Shown here piece after piece: positions 1-9,294 of a DNA stretch of 28,297 bases; position 1 is the first letter of the stretch, and the number at the start of each line of letters is the position of its first letter. This stretch comes from a virus (taxonomy: Duplodnaviria > Caudoviricetes): positions 1 to 28,297 of the IMG/VR virus record IMGVR_UViG_3300038393_001691, one strand, 5' to 3'. The position numbers and the translations under genes are program-made. Below the pieces are notes generated by a model. It saw only the letters and a list, made by a program, of their open reading frames with translations. It did no database searches and was not told where the DNA came from.

Positions 1-121
1 TGGGGGCGCCCCTGTGTGCGCGCCCGCGGGGGACCGCCCCGGAGAGCTTTGTGTAGCAGCGCAGGTCAGAGCACTTGCGCGGAACGACCGTGTGGACGCC
101 TGCGGCTGATCCCCGCAGGAA

Positions 122-157
122 GGAAGGCCCCGAACACTCCCAGGTTCGGGGCCTTCC
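122..157 (+). terminator. Perfect 14-bp stem-loop upstream of the HNH gene (putative terminator or regulatory hairpin)
   Basis: GGAAGGCCCCGAAC-actcccag-GTTCGGGGCCTTCC. Confidence 0.6.
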
Positions 158-176
158 GCATGCCTGGGAGGCAATT

Positions 177-857
177 GTGCGCACCAAATCTGACTCGCCG
201 ACCAAGAACTGCAGCGAACCCGGCTGCTCCAAGGCCCTGCGCGCTCGCGGCTACTGCAGTGGCCACTGGAAGCAGCACTTCGCCACCAGGGCGAAGTACG
301 CGATCACCTGCATCGTGTGTGGCTCTCCACACGAGTCGGCGCGGGCCAACGGCAAGTTCTGCTCGGACTCATGCCGCGCTGTCGACTACAAGGCCCGCGA
401 CCGGGTGCAGCCAAGTCGGAGGGCCCTCGCCGCAATGAGGCTCGCCTGCGCTGCGCGCGGAACTCGCAGTCGACGCCGATGGGTCGCTGGGAGGTGCTAC
501 TGGTGCGGTGAGCAGTTTGTATCCCAAGGCTGGGGAGGCCTGGGTCGCTTTTGTCGCCCCAGATGTATGGACCGGGCCAAAGGTGCAGCTCGAAGGGTGC
601 GAAAGCGGCAGGCGGAACGGCAGAGGTACTCGCGACACGCGATCTTTGAGCGTGACGGTTGGCGCTGCCACCTCTGCCGTAAGTCAGTCAGGCGTGGGGC
701 AGTGGCGCCGCATCCGCTGGCTCCCACAATTGACCACCTGATACCTCTCGCCAAGGGCGGGTCCGACACTCCCGCCAACGTTGCGACCGCCCACTTCCTC
801 TGTAACTCGACCAAGAGCGACAGGGGCGGCGGTGAGCAACTCGCGCTGATCGGATAG
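177..857 (+). CDS. HNH endonuclease with N-terminal Cys-rich zinc-binding modules
   Basis: C-terminal IFERDGWRCHLC...TIDHLIPLAKGGSDTPANVATAHFLCNSTKS; N-terminal CSEPGC...ARGYCSGH, CIVC...FCSDSC and CYWC...FCRPRC; GTG at 177 follows RBS GGGAGG at 166-171. Confidence 0.9.
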   Translation: MRTKSDSPTKNCSEPGCSKALRARGYCSGHWKQHFATRAKYAITCIVCGSPHESARANGKFCSDSCRAVDYKARDRVQPSRRALAAMRLACAARGTRSRRRWVAGRCYWCGEQFVSQGWGGLGRFCRPRCMDRAKGAARRVRKRQAERQRYSRHAIFERDGWRCHLCRKSVRRGAVAPHPLAPTIDHLIPLAKGGSDTPANVATAHFLCNSTKSDRGGGEQLALIG

Positions 858-867
858 GGGGTGAGTG

Positions 868-1374
868 ATGGCGGTCTCAGGGCCGCGGCCGAAGCCGCCG
901 CTGCAGGTGGTCCGGGAGGGCAACCCGGGGCGCCGGCCGGTCCGCGAGGGCGTGAAGCTGCCGCCGTCGGAGCTGGAGGAGCCGAACTGGCTCGACACCT
1001 TCCCGACGGTCCGGGGAGACGACCGGCAGCGGCAGGTCAACGCGCGCTGCCGGGAGATCGCCCGTCGGGAGTGGCGGCGCGTTGTCCCGGTGTTGCGGTT
1101 CACGGCCGGGCTGGCGGAGGTCGACACGCAGACGGTCATGGACTACTGCATCTGTGTCGCCCGGATCGACCAGTGCGAGCGTGAAATCTCCCTGCACGGA
1201 ATGCTCATCCAGGGCGAGCGTGGGTGGATGAAGAACGGTGCCACCACCGTCGCCGGCCAGTACCGGCAGCAGCTCGCGCGCTACATCGGCGAGTTGGGCC
1301 TGAGTCCCTCAGCTCGGGGCCGGCTGACGCCGCCGGAGGGTGGCGACGATGACGACGGCGACGTGTTCGACTAG
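868..1374 (+). CDS. terS: Terminase small subunit (P27 family)
   Basis: GPRPKP...EGNPGRRP N-terminus, ARREWRRVVP, DYC, ELGLSPSARGRL C-terminus; overlaps the terL start. Confidence 0.9.
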   Translation: MAVSGPRPKPPLQVVREGNPGRRPVREGVKLPPSELEEPNWLDTFPTVRGDDRQRQVNARCREIARREWRRVVPVLRFTAGLAEVDTQTVMDYCICVARIDQCEREISLHGMLIQGERGWMKNGATTVAGQYRQQLARYIGELGLSPSARGRLTPPEGGDDDDGDVFD

Positions 1375-3085
1375 GGAGCTGTCGCGGCAGGATGTCGAGG
1401 ACGGGCTGACGGTTCCTCGGGCTGCGCTGCACGAGCTCGGCATGACCGATGAGGAGATCGCGGACGCGCTGAAGCGCCGCCCTCTGATCGTGGCCTTTCA
1501 GCTCGCCGATCAGCCGGGTGCCTGGTTCGACGTGGATGCGGCCCGGCGGGTGGTCCGTGCGATCGAGTCGTTCAAGCACACGAAGGGCCGCTGGGGCGGG
1601 TCAGCGCTGCGGCTGGCTGGCTGGCAGAAGCTGTGGGTGATCCTGCCGGCGTTCGGGTGGCTGTACTTGGACGAGGAGCTTGAGCGGTCGGTGCGGGTGG
1701 CCCGCACGGTGTACGTCGAGATTCCGAGGAAGAACGGGAAGTCGACATTGTCGTCGGGCATCGGCCTGACGCTCTTGATGGCGGACCGTGAGACGGGTGC
1801 CGAGGTCTACGCCGCGGCGGCGAGCCTGGAGCAGGCGAAGCGCGTGTTCGACGATGCGAAGCGGATGGCGCAGACGTCGAAGGCCGTGAAAGGTCGAGCC
1901 GAGGTGCTGACCTCGGTGATCCGGGTGCCACGAACCGGCGGTGTCTTCCGTGCCCTGTCACGGATAGCGGAGACCGCTCATGGGCTCAATGTGAGCGGCG
2001 CAGTGATCGACGAGCTGCACGTACACCGCACCCGCGATCTCGTAGACGCGATAACCACCGGTACTGGCGCCAGGGATCAACCCATGGTGGTCATGATCAC
2101 GACTGCCGATGACGCCCAAGAGGGCAGCATCTACGACGAGGTCCACGGAATCACGGAGAAGGTCGCCAACCGGGTGATGAATGACCCGGCGCACTACGGG
2201 GTGATCTGGGCGGCCGATGAGGCTGACGATCCCTTCTCTCCCGCAACCTGGGCCAAGGCGAACCCAGGGCTCGGTACTTCGCCAACGATGGCTTACATGC
2301 GGCGCGAGGCAGAGAAGGCTCGCACGACGCCGTCGTACTACCCGACGTTCCTTCGACTGAGCCTCAATGTCAGATCGAAGGCGTCCACGCGATGGATCGA
2401 CGTCCGTTCCTGGGACCGGGTGGCCGGCATGGTCGACGAGGCAGCGTTGAAAGGTCGGCGGGCATGGGGCGGCCTCGACCTGTCGGCGGTGTCTGACATC
2501 AGCGCGTGGGTGCTGGCGGTGGAGTCGAAGCAGCAGGGCGTCGAGTTGGAGCTGGTCTCCCGGTTCTGGCTGCCGTCGGAGCGGCTGGAGGAGTTGCAGC
2601 GGCAGATGCAGGTGCCGCTCGCGCAGTGGGCGCGTGAGGGCTTTCTGAAGCTGACCGAGGGCGACGCGATCGACTACGACACGATCGAGAGGCAAGTCCT
2701 CGAGGACTGCAAGCATTTCGACGTGCAGTGGATCGGCTACGACCGCATGTTCGCCGGGCAGCTCGTGCAGAACGTCGACAGGGAGACGAAGCGTGGTGTG
2801 AAGGTGACGCCGATCTCACAGACGTTCTTGGGGCTGTCGCCGGCGTGCAAGGAGCTGGATCGGCTGCTGTTGGAGCAGCGGTTCCTCCATGGTGGGCATC
2901 CGATCTTGCGGTGGATGGCTGGGTGCGTGGAGACGATCGCGGACGGCAATGACAACTACCGGCCGACGAAGCCGGACCGGAAGAAGTCGCAGGCCCGGAT
3001 CGACGGGATCGCGGCGACGGTGATGGGCCTGGACGGATACCTACGGCGGCCGAAGGCGAAGTCCCGGGTGGCGGTCGGATTCTGA
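1349..3085 (+). CDS. terL: Terminase large subunit
   Basis: Walker A IPRKNGKS, Walker B VIDELH, coupling motif ITTA, nuclease GGLDLS and RIDGIAA; ATG 1349 after GGAGG (GTG 1340 is an alternative start). Confidence 0.96.
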   Translation: MTTATCSTRELSRQDVEDGLTVPRAALHELGMTDEEIADALKRRPLIVAFQLADQPGAWFDVDAARRVVRAIESFKHTKGRWGGSALRLAGWQKLWVILPAFGWLYLDEELERSVRVARTVYVEIPRKNGKSTLSSGIGLTLLMADRETGAEVYAAAASLEQAKRVFDDAKRMAQTSKAVKGRAEVLTSVIRVPRTGGVFRALSRIAETAHGLNVSGAVIDELHVHRTRDLVDAITTGTGARDQPMVVMITTADDAQEGSIYDEVHGITEKVANRVMNDPAHYGVIWAADEADDPFSPATWAKANPGLGTSPTMAYMRREAEKARTTPSYYPTFLRLSLNVRSKASTRWIDVRSWDRVAGMVDEAALKGRRAWGGLDLSAVSDISAWVLAVESKQQGVELELVSRFWLPSERLEELQRQMQVPLAQWAREGFLKLTEGDAIDYDTIERQVLEDCKHFDVQWIGYDRMFAGQLVQNVDRETKRGVKVTPISQTFLGLSPACKELDRLLLEQRFLHGGHPILRWMAGCVETIADGNDNYRPTKPDRKKSQARIDGIAATVMGLDGYLRRPKAKSRVAVGF

Positions 3086-3094
3086 TGCGAGGGG

Positions 3095-4540
3095 GTGCTT
3101 GTGGCCCCGTCGCAGAAGCTGAAGCCGGGTGAGCCGCTGTGGTGGCTCGACAAGATGTGGGACGAGTTGGAGGAGCGGCGGAAGTACGCGGAGGTGATCC
3201 GCTGCTACTACTGCGGGGATCATCCGCTGGCGAACATCGCGGAGAAGGCCCGGGAGGCGTTCCGCAGGCTGCTGAAGCAGGCCCGCTCCAATTACGTGGG
3301 CCTCGTCGTGGACGCGACCGCGGAGCGTATCCAGGTGGACGGGGTGCGGATCGGCGACGAACGCGAGGGCGACGAGGAGGCCTGGCGGATCTGGCAGGCC
3401 AACAATTTCGACGCCGACTCGGACCTGCTGATCACCGAGGCGGTGAAGGTGGGCCGGGCGTTCGTGCTCGTCGCGCCGAATCCGGCGGATGCGAAGACGC
3501 CGATCGTGACGGCAGAGGACTGTACGCAGGCCATCGTCGCCTACAAGCCGGGCAGTCGTCGTGAGCGGGCGGCCGGGCTGAAGGTGTGGGAGGACGACTG
3601 GACGGGCGACCTGATGGCGACCGTCTACCTCCCGGACGCGCTGTACAAGTACGAGGCGCCGAAGCCGCAGCAGGGAACCGGCGGCAAGCCGCGCTGGGTG
3701 CAGCGCAAGGTTGAGGGTGAGGTGTGGCCGGCACCGAACCCTTTGAAGGTTGTGCCGCTGATCGAGATGCAGAACCGCCCGGACCTGCTGGGCGGCTGTA
3801 TGTCGGAGATCGAGGACGTCCTCGACATTCAGGACCGGATCAACAAGACGCTGATCGACCGGATGATGGCGCAGGAGTTCGCGGCGTTCCGGCAGCGGTG
3901 GATGACCGGCTATGAGGTGCCGACGGACGAGTCGGGACAGCCGATCGAGCCGTTCAAGGCTGCTGTCGACCGGCTGTGGGTGATCGAGGACGAGAACGTC
4001 AAGCTCGGCGAGTTCCAGGCCACTGACATCGGGCCGTACTTGAACGCGGTCGAGGCGGACGTGAAGGACATGGCTGCCCGCACCCGCACCCCGAGCCAGT
4101 ATCTGCTTGGTGCGATGGTCAACATCTCGGGTGACGCGCTGAAGGCTGCGGAGTCCGGTCTGGTGAGCAAGGTCAGGCAGCGGCAGCGGCCGTTCGGTGA
4201 GGCGATCGAGGAGGTTGTCCGCCTGTACCTGATGGCTGCGGGCGACGACCGGGATCTGTCGGCGATCGAGGTGATCTGGCACAACCCGGAGTTCCGCACC
4301 GAGGGTGAACTGGTCGACGCGCTGGTGAAGATGTCCACGCTCGGCGTGCCGCGGGAGGCTTTGTGGGAGCGCTGGGGCGCCTCGCAGACGGAGATCGCGC
4401 AGTGGCGCGAGCAGGCCGACCAGCAGGCCGCCAGGATCCTCGGCGGCGACCCGGCCAGCCTGTTCGGGCCCAAGCCTGATCCGACTGCACCGGAGCAGCC
4501 CGTGACCGACCCGGCGGCGGCCGATGGCAACGCCGGCTGA
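3095..4540 (+). CDS. Portal protein (SPP1 gp6-like)
   Basis: Follows terL; 481 aa; NYVGLVVD, AWRIWQANNFD, NPLKVVPLIE, QDRIN, NISGDALKAAESGLVSKV motifs. Confidence 0.92.
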   Translation: MLVAPSQKLKPGEPLWWLDKMWDELEERRKYAEVIRCYYCGDHPLANIAEKAREAFRRLLKQARSNYVGLVVDATAERIQVDGVRIGDEREGDEEAWRIWQANNFDADSDLLITEAVKVGRAFVLVAPNPADAKTPIVTAEDCTQAIVAYKPGSRRERAAGLKVWEDDWTGDLMATVYLPDALYKYEAPKPQQGTGGKPRWVQRKVEGEVWPAPNPLKVVPLIEMQNRPDLLGGCMSEIEDVLDIQDRINKTLIDRMMAQEFAAFRQRWMTGYEVPTDESGQPIEPFKAAVDRLWVIEDENVKLGEFQATDIGPYLNAVEADVKDMAARTRTPSQYLLGAMVNISGDALKAAESGLVSKVRQRQRPFGEAIEEVVRLYLMAAGDDRDLSAIEVIWHNPEFRTEGELVDALVKMSTLGVPREALWERWGASQTEIAQWREQADQQAARILGGDPASLFGPKPDPTAPEQPVTDPAAADGNAG

Positions 4541-5510
4541 GCTTGGGCGCACCCGCTACCAGCAGGTGACCGCGGTTGTGCGGGCAGTCGTCGAGCAGAT
4601 CCAGCAGCTGTGGAAGGGAATGTCCGCTGCGTCGATCGAGTCCGACCTGGAGGGCCGGGCGGGCGCGGCGATCGTGGCTGCGGTCGCCGAAGGCCAGTTG
4701 ACGGTGGCGGATGCTGCGCAGGCGTACATCGCCGCGCAGATGGCCGCCCAGGGCGGTTCGGCGCTCGCGGAAGCCACGCTGGTGACGGCGGCGTTCGCCG
4801 GGATCGCCCCGGACGGCGGCCCGCTGGAGACGCTGCTGTTCCTGCCCGCGATCGGTGTGAGGCGCCGTCTGGCTGCCGGGATGACGGCGGACGAGGCGAT
4901 GCTCGGCGGGCTCGCCGACATGGCCCGGTACGCGTCGACGGCGGTCGCGGACACGGCCCGCTCGGCGGACCAGGTGGGGATGGCGGCGAACCCGAACTGC
5001 GTCGCCTATGTGCGGGTGGTGCAGCTTCCGGCCTGCTCCAGGTGCATCGTCCTGTCGGGCCGCATGTACAGCCGCAGTGAGGGCTTCCTCAGGCATCCGA
5101 ACTGTGACTGCCAGACGCTGCCGCTACGCGAGAAGGACTGGCCGAGCGTGCCGACACCTGCGGAGCTGTTCGACCGGATGCCGGAGTCGGAGCAGCGCCG
5201 GGTGTTCACCGTGGCCGGCGCGGACGCCATTCGGTCCGGGGCCGATGTGGGCCAGGTCGTGAATGCGCGCCGCGGCATGGCGACAGCGCACATGGCGGGC
5301 CGGACCCTGCAGACGACGTCGGAGGGGACGACGCGGCGCGGCCTGTACGGCTCGCGGATGCGACGCGCGGGCGGCGAGTTCGCCCGCTTCCCGGGCCAGC
5401 GGTACTCGCGAGTGACGACCCCGCGCCTGATGCCGGAGGAGATTCTCCGGATCGCTGACAACCGGGCGGAGCAGCTGAGGCTGCTACGCCGGTACGGCTA
5501 CATCGTCTAG
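4524..5510 (+). CDS. Minor head / capsid maturation protein (MuF-like)
   Basis: Between portal and scaffold; YVRVVQLPACSRCIVLSGR and RHPNCDC motifs; RLMPEEI...LLRRYGYI end typical of actinophage genes at this position. Confidence 0.75.
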   Translation: MATPAELGRTRYQQVTAVVRAVVEQIQQLWKGMSAASIESDLEGRAGAAIVAAVAEGQLTVADAAQAYIAAQMAAQGGSALAEATLVTAAFAGIAPDGGPLETLLFLPAIGVRRRLAAGMTADEAMLGGLADMARYASTAVADTARSADQVGMAANPNCVAYVRVVQLPACSRCIVLSGRMYSRSEGFLRHPNCDCQTLPLREKDWPSVPTPAELFDRMPESEQRRVFTVAGADAIRSGADVGQVVNARRGMATAHMAGRTLQTTSEGTTRRGLYGSRMRRAGGEFARFPGQRYSRVTTPRLMPEEILRIADNRAEQLRLLRRYGYIV

Positions 5511-5523
5511 CCGCCTTGAGTGT

Positions 5524-5542
5524 CCCCGCCGCGAGGGCGGGG
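5524..5542 (+). promoter_or_regulatory. Short hairpin upstream of the scaffold gene
   Basis: CCCCGCC-GCGAG-GGCGGGG. Confidence 0.45.
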
Positions 5543-5562
5543 TGAACGGAAGGACAGCCGCG

Positions 5563-6084
5563 ATGGCTGACGAGAACACCAGCACCACCGACGTCACCGA
5601 CGACACGGGGTCCGCGACGGACACCGGACAGCACGACGACGTCAGCGCCAGCCTCGGAGAGGCCGGCCAGAAGGCCCTGGCCGCAGAACGCAGGGCTCGC
5701 ACCGTCGCCGAGCGGGCGGCGAAGGCGCAGCAGAAGCAGCTCGACGACCTGACCGCGAAGCTGCAGCAGTACGAGGACGCGAAGAAGAGCGACCTCGACA
5801 AGCTCACCGACCGAGCGACCACTGCGGAGGCCACGGCTGCGAGCGCGACGGCGAAGCTGCTGCGCTACGAGGTCGCCGCGAAGAAGAAGCTCCCCGCCGA
5901 ATGGGCGGCCCGCCTGCAGGGCTCAACCTCCGAAGAGCTGGAGGCGGACGCGGACCAGCTGCTGGAGGCGCTCGGCGCGCAGCAGCAGCGGAACACCCCG
6001 AGCTACGACGGCGGCGTGCGGAAGCCCGCTGCCGCTCCGACCGACATGAACGCCCTGATCCGCCAGAGGGCGGGACTGGGCTGA
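5563..6084 (+). CDS. Capsid scaffolding protein
   Basis: Acidic low-complexity N-terminus, LGEAGQKALAAER coiled coil, RLQGSTSEELEADAD; immediately before the capsid gene; ATG 5563 after GGAAGGA. Confidence 0.88.
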   Translation: MADENTSTTDVTDDTGSATDTGQHDDVSASLGEAGQKALAAERRARTVAERAAKAQQKQLDDLTAKLQQYEDAKKSDLDKLTDRATTAEATAASATAKLLRYEVAAKKKLPAEWAARLQGSTSEELEADADQLLEALGAQQQRNTPSYDGGVRKPAAAPTDMNALIRQRAGLG

Positions 6085-6139
6085 GTAGTCCCCCGGCACG
6101 GCGAGGTCCGGCCGGTATCCCGAAAGGAGAGGCCGGCCC

Positions 6140-7084
6140 ATGGCCTACACCAACCTGACCTCGAGGACGGACGCTTCGGCGCTGATCCCGGAAGAGGTCT
6201 CCAACGAGATGCTCGGCAAGGCGACGGAGACCTCCGCCGTCCTGTCCCTGTTCCGTCGCGTCCCGGTGGGTCGCGCGCAGCTCCGGTTCCCGGTCCTGTC
6301 GGCGCTGCCGACCGCCTACTTCGTCTCGGGCGACACCGGTCTGAAGCAGACGACCGAGGTCAACTGGACGAACAAGTATTTGAACATCGAGGAGATCGCG
6401 GCGATCATGCCGGTCCCGGACAATGTCCTGGCCGACGTCGACGCGAACATCTGGGACGAGGCCATGCCGCTCCTGACGGAGGCGTTCGGCCGCACCCTGG
6501 ACGCTGCGGTGTTCTTCGGCACGAACGCTCCGTCCTCGTGGCCGACGAACATCGCCTCGGCCGCGACCGCGGCTGGCAACAATGTCACCGCGAACTCGGC
6601 CGCGACCGCGGGCGCGTTCTTCGGTGACATCGACAACGCCTACGGCCTTGTCGAGGCCGACGGCTACGAGGTGACCGGCTTCGTCGGCGCCACCTCGGTC
6701 AAGTCCAAGCTGCGGAAGTCCCGTGACAGCCAGGGCCGCAAGCTCGACGAGTCCCGCGTTGCGGGCAACCTGATGTCGATCGACGGCATGCCGATCGTCT
6801 ACCCGATGCGTGGCCTGTTCGGCACCACCACCGGCTCTCCGACCCTGTTCATGGGGGACTGGAGCCAGTTCGTGGTCGGAGTCCGCCAGGACATCACCAT
6901 GAAGATCCTCGACCAGGCGGTCATCCAGGACAACACGGGCGCGATCGTCTACAACCTGGCCCAGCAGGACATGACCGCGATCCGGCTGACGTTCCGGATC
7001 GGCTGGCAGGTCTCGAACACCATCAACAACGACCAGCCGACCGAGGCGAACCGCTATCCGGTCGCCCGCCTCGACCTCCCGTAA
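6140..7084 (+). CDS. Major capsid protein (HK97 fold)
   Basis: LIPEEVS start, FGRTLDAAVFFG, GDWSQFVVGVRQDITMKI, NLAQQDMTAIR; RBS AAAGGAG. Confidence 0.93.
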   Translation: MAYTNLTSRTDASALIPEEVSNEMLGKATETSAVLSLFRRVPVGRAQLRFPVLSALPTAYFVSGDTGLKQTTEVNWTNKYLNIEEIAAIMPVPDNVLADVDANIWDEAMPLLTEAFGRTLDAAVFFGTNAPSSWPTNIASAATAAGNNVTANSAATAGAFFGDIDNAYGLVEADGYEVTGFVGATSVKSKLRKSRDSQGRKLDESRVAGNLMSIDGMPIVYPMRGLFGTTTGSPTLFMGDWSQFVVGVRQDITMKILDQAVIQDNTGAIVYNLAQQDMTAIRLTFRIGWQVSNTINNDQPTEANRYPVARLDLP

Positions 7085-7105
7085 CCCGCAGAACAGGAGC
7101 ACACC

Positions 7106-7513
7106 ATGCCCGACACAGCGCCCCTGCAGCGGGTCCTCGAGCAGGACGTCGCCGCGGTCAGCACCGCCGGGAACGACCTCGACAGCGTCGTCACGCAGGC
7201 GCCGTTCGACTGCACCGTCACCAAGGTGGAGTACGTGCCGGTCGCCGCGATCACCGGCGCCAACACCAACACCCGGTCCGTGACCCTCTTCAACAAGGGG
7301 CAGGCCGGCTCCGGCACGACCACGGTCGCGACCCTGCAGTTCGACTCCGGCGTGAACGCGTCGGCGAGCGACGAGAAGGTGATCACCCTGTCCGGGACCG
7401 CCGCGAACCTCGACCTGTCGGCCGGGGACACGCTGCTGTGGCGGTCCCTGCACGTCGGAACCGGCATCACCGACCCGGGCGGCCTCGTCCGCGTCACCGT
7501 CACCCGCCGCTAA
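7106..7513 (+). CDS. Putative head decoration / minor capsid protein
   Basis: Beta-rich, Thr/Gly/Ala-rich 135 aa directly after the major capsid gene; RBS AGGAG. Confidence 0.55.
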   Translation: MPDTAPLQRVLEQDVAAVSTAGNDLDSVVTQAPFDCTVTKVEYVPVAAITGANTNTRSVTLFNKGQAGSGTTTVATLQFDSGVNASASDEKVITLSGTAANLDLSAGDTLLWRSLHVGTGITDPGGLVRVTVTRR

Positions 7514-7524
7514 GGGAGCAGACC

Positions 7525-7755
7525 ATGGCAGAGCGTAAGACCAGCCAGCCGCCCCAGGACGCGGCACAGAAGCAGGTCCAGAAGGCCGTCGACGAGGCCG
7601 CCGACAAGGGCTACCTGGGCGTCGAGGTCGACCCGACCCCGGACAGCCACTACTCGGTGGCCGGCGTGCTCGAGGGCAAGCCGACCCCCGAGACGGACCT
7701 GGATCACGCTCGCGAGGTCCGGCAGAAGCTCGACGACGACGCCCGCCAACGCTGA
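7525..7755 (+). CDS. Hypothetical virion-region protein (76 aa)
   Basis: ATG 7525 after AAGGGAG; high GC3; fills the gap between neighbours. Confidence 0.7.
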   Translation: MAERKTSQPPQDAAQKQVQKAVDEAADKGYLGVEVDPTPDSHYSVAGVLEGKPTPETDLDHAREVRQKLDDDARQR

Positions 7756-7770
7756 CGAGGGGAGGCCGCC

Positions 7771-8385
7771 GTGGCTGTGCTTCCATCGCTGGCGACGGTG
7801 GCCGACCTCGCCACCCTGCTCGGCCGCACGTTCACGACCGAGCAGGAGCAGCAGGCGCAGGCCCTGCTCGACCAGGCGTCCAGCGTCGTCCGCGCCTACG
7901 TCCGCCAGGACATCACGCGGGCGACGACGACGGACACTTTCACGATGCGGCGGGCGGATCCACTGGTGCATCGCTGCGGCGGTGTGGTGACGCTGCCGCA
8001 GCGGCCCGTTGTCAGCATCACCACGGTTCTGGCTGACGGCGTGGAGACCTTCGACTGGTGGCTGGACGGCAGCGATCTCCTCGTGCGCGCGTGGGCGTGG
8101 GACCATCCCCCGGCCGCGCACCAGCCGCCACAGGTCACAGTGACGTACACGCACGGCTGGGATCCGGTGCCGGGCGACATCCAAGCCATCGTGATGCAGG
8201 CCGCGAACCGCGTCCTCGTCAACCCGTCGGCGATCCGCTCGGAGACGGTGGGCGGCGAGTCCGTCACCTACCTGATCCCTGCCACCGGTGAGGCGCTCGG
8301 CGTGCTCCTGTCCCGTACCGAGATGAAGGTGTTGGACCGGTACCGGCGCACGGCCGGGACAATGCAGGTACGGAGCCGCTGGTGA
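7771..8385 (+). CDS. Head-to-tail adaptor
   Basis: LATVADLATLLGR...AQALLDQASSVVRAY, VTVTYTHGW, NPSAIRSETVGGESVTY; RBS GGGGAGG. Confidence 0.85.
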   Translation: MAVLPSLATVADLATLLGRTFTTEQEQQAQALLDQASSVVRAYVRQDITRATTTDTFTMRRADPLVHRCGGVVTLPQRPVVSITTVLADGVETFDWWLDGSDLLVRAWAWDHPPAAHQPPQVTVTYTHGWDPVPGDIQAIVMQAANRVLVNPSAIRSETVGGESVTYLIPATGEALGVLLSRTEMKVLDRYRRTAGTMQVRSRW

Positions 8386-8720
8386 TGTACCTGCAGGAAA
8401 TCGTCATTGTCCGCGCCGGTACGACGACGGACCGGTACGGCAACGCCCAGCCCGACTGGGGTGCGGGAGTCACCCGCATCCCGGTGTCCGGGGTGAATGT
8501 GCAGCCGTCGGGCGGCAGCACCGAGGACTCCGACGACAAGCAGGTCACCGTGACGGGCTGGCGCCTGTACACGCCGCGCGGCATGGACCTGGACCTGCGG
8601 GAGACGGACCGCGTGGAGGCGTGGGGCACGACGATGCAGGTCGTCGGCAAGGTGGCCCGCTGGCCCGCCCCGGGCGGGGGAGTGCACCACATCGAGGCGG
8701 ATCTGAGGGAGGTGGCCTGA
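8385..8720 (+). CDS. Head-to-tail stopper / closure protein
   Basis: DRYGNAQPDW, WRLYTPRG, DRVE, HHIEADL; TGATG coupling to the adaptor. Confidence 0.82.
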   Translation: MYLQEIVIVRAGTTTDRYGNAQPDWGAGVTRIPVSGVNVQPSGGSTEDSDDKQVTVTGWRLYTPRGMDLDLRETDRVEAWGTTMQVVGKVARWPAPGGGVHHIEADLREVA

Positions 8721-9097
8721 TGGCGCGCACCTCGGTCCGGGTCGTCCCCAACCCGAACATGTTCCGGGAGCTGGCCCGGCAGCCGCAGATGCGGGACGCC
8801 CTGAAGGACATCGCCGACCGTGGCGCGGACGTGGCCCGCGCGATCGCCCCGTCGTACACGGGACCGACCTACGACCCGGCGGTGCAGCGGCACGGCGAGT
8901 ACCGCAACAGCGTCTACTCGGCGGCGAGCATGCGGCCGAGCGGCTGGCGAGCCGAGTTCGGCGCGACGGCCCCCTGGGCGCTGCAGGTGGAATTCGGCAC
9001 CGGCCAGCCGGCCACATCCCGCGACCGCCCGCAGACGGGCTGGTCTCCGAAGACGCGCACGCTGGGGCGTGCCCTGGACGCACTAAGGAGCGCCTGA
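8720..9097 (+). CDS. Neck / tail-completion protein (HK97 gp10-like)
   Basis: ARAIAP...GEYRNS...ALQVEFGT...RTLGRALD; TGATG coupling. Confidence 0.75.
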   Translation: MARTSVRVVPNPNMFRELARQPQMRDALKDIADRGADVARAIAPSYTGPTYDPAVQRHGEYRNSVYSAASMRPSGWRAEFGATAPWALQVEFGTGQPATSRDRPQTGWSPKTRTLGRALDALRSA

Positions 9098-9294
9098 TGC
9101 GCATCAAGCTCGCCTCCTGGTACGGGGACAAGGCCCCGGGCGAGGAGATCGACGTCGACGACGCGACCGCGAAGGCATTGAGCCGTGACGGCCTCGTCGC
9201 CGAGGCCGTGGAAGCGATTCAGGAGGAGCCTCCTTCCGAGCCGGCTGCCGCGGAGCCGACCTCGAAGCCCGAGACGGGCCGCAGGAAGCGGTGA
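9097..9294 (+). CDS. Small hypothetical virion-region protein (65 aa)
   Basis: RBS AAGGAG; overlaps both neighbours (TGATG and GTGA). Confidence 0.7.
   Translation: MRIKLASWYGDKAPGEEIDVDDATAKALSRDGLVAEAVEAIQEEPPSEPAAAEPTSKPETGRRKR

Noticed and set aside
131-148. CGAAC...GTTCG resembling an SOS box
   Set aside because: Spacer is 8 nt rather than 4, and it is the inner part of a 14-bp hairpin.
1349-3085. Intein or intron in terL explaining the codon anomaly
   Set aside because: Length is normal, motifs are continuous, and no intein splice-junction residues are apparent.
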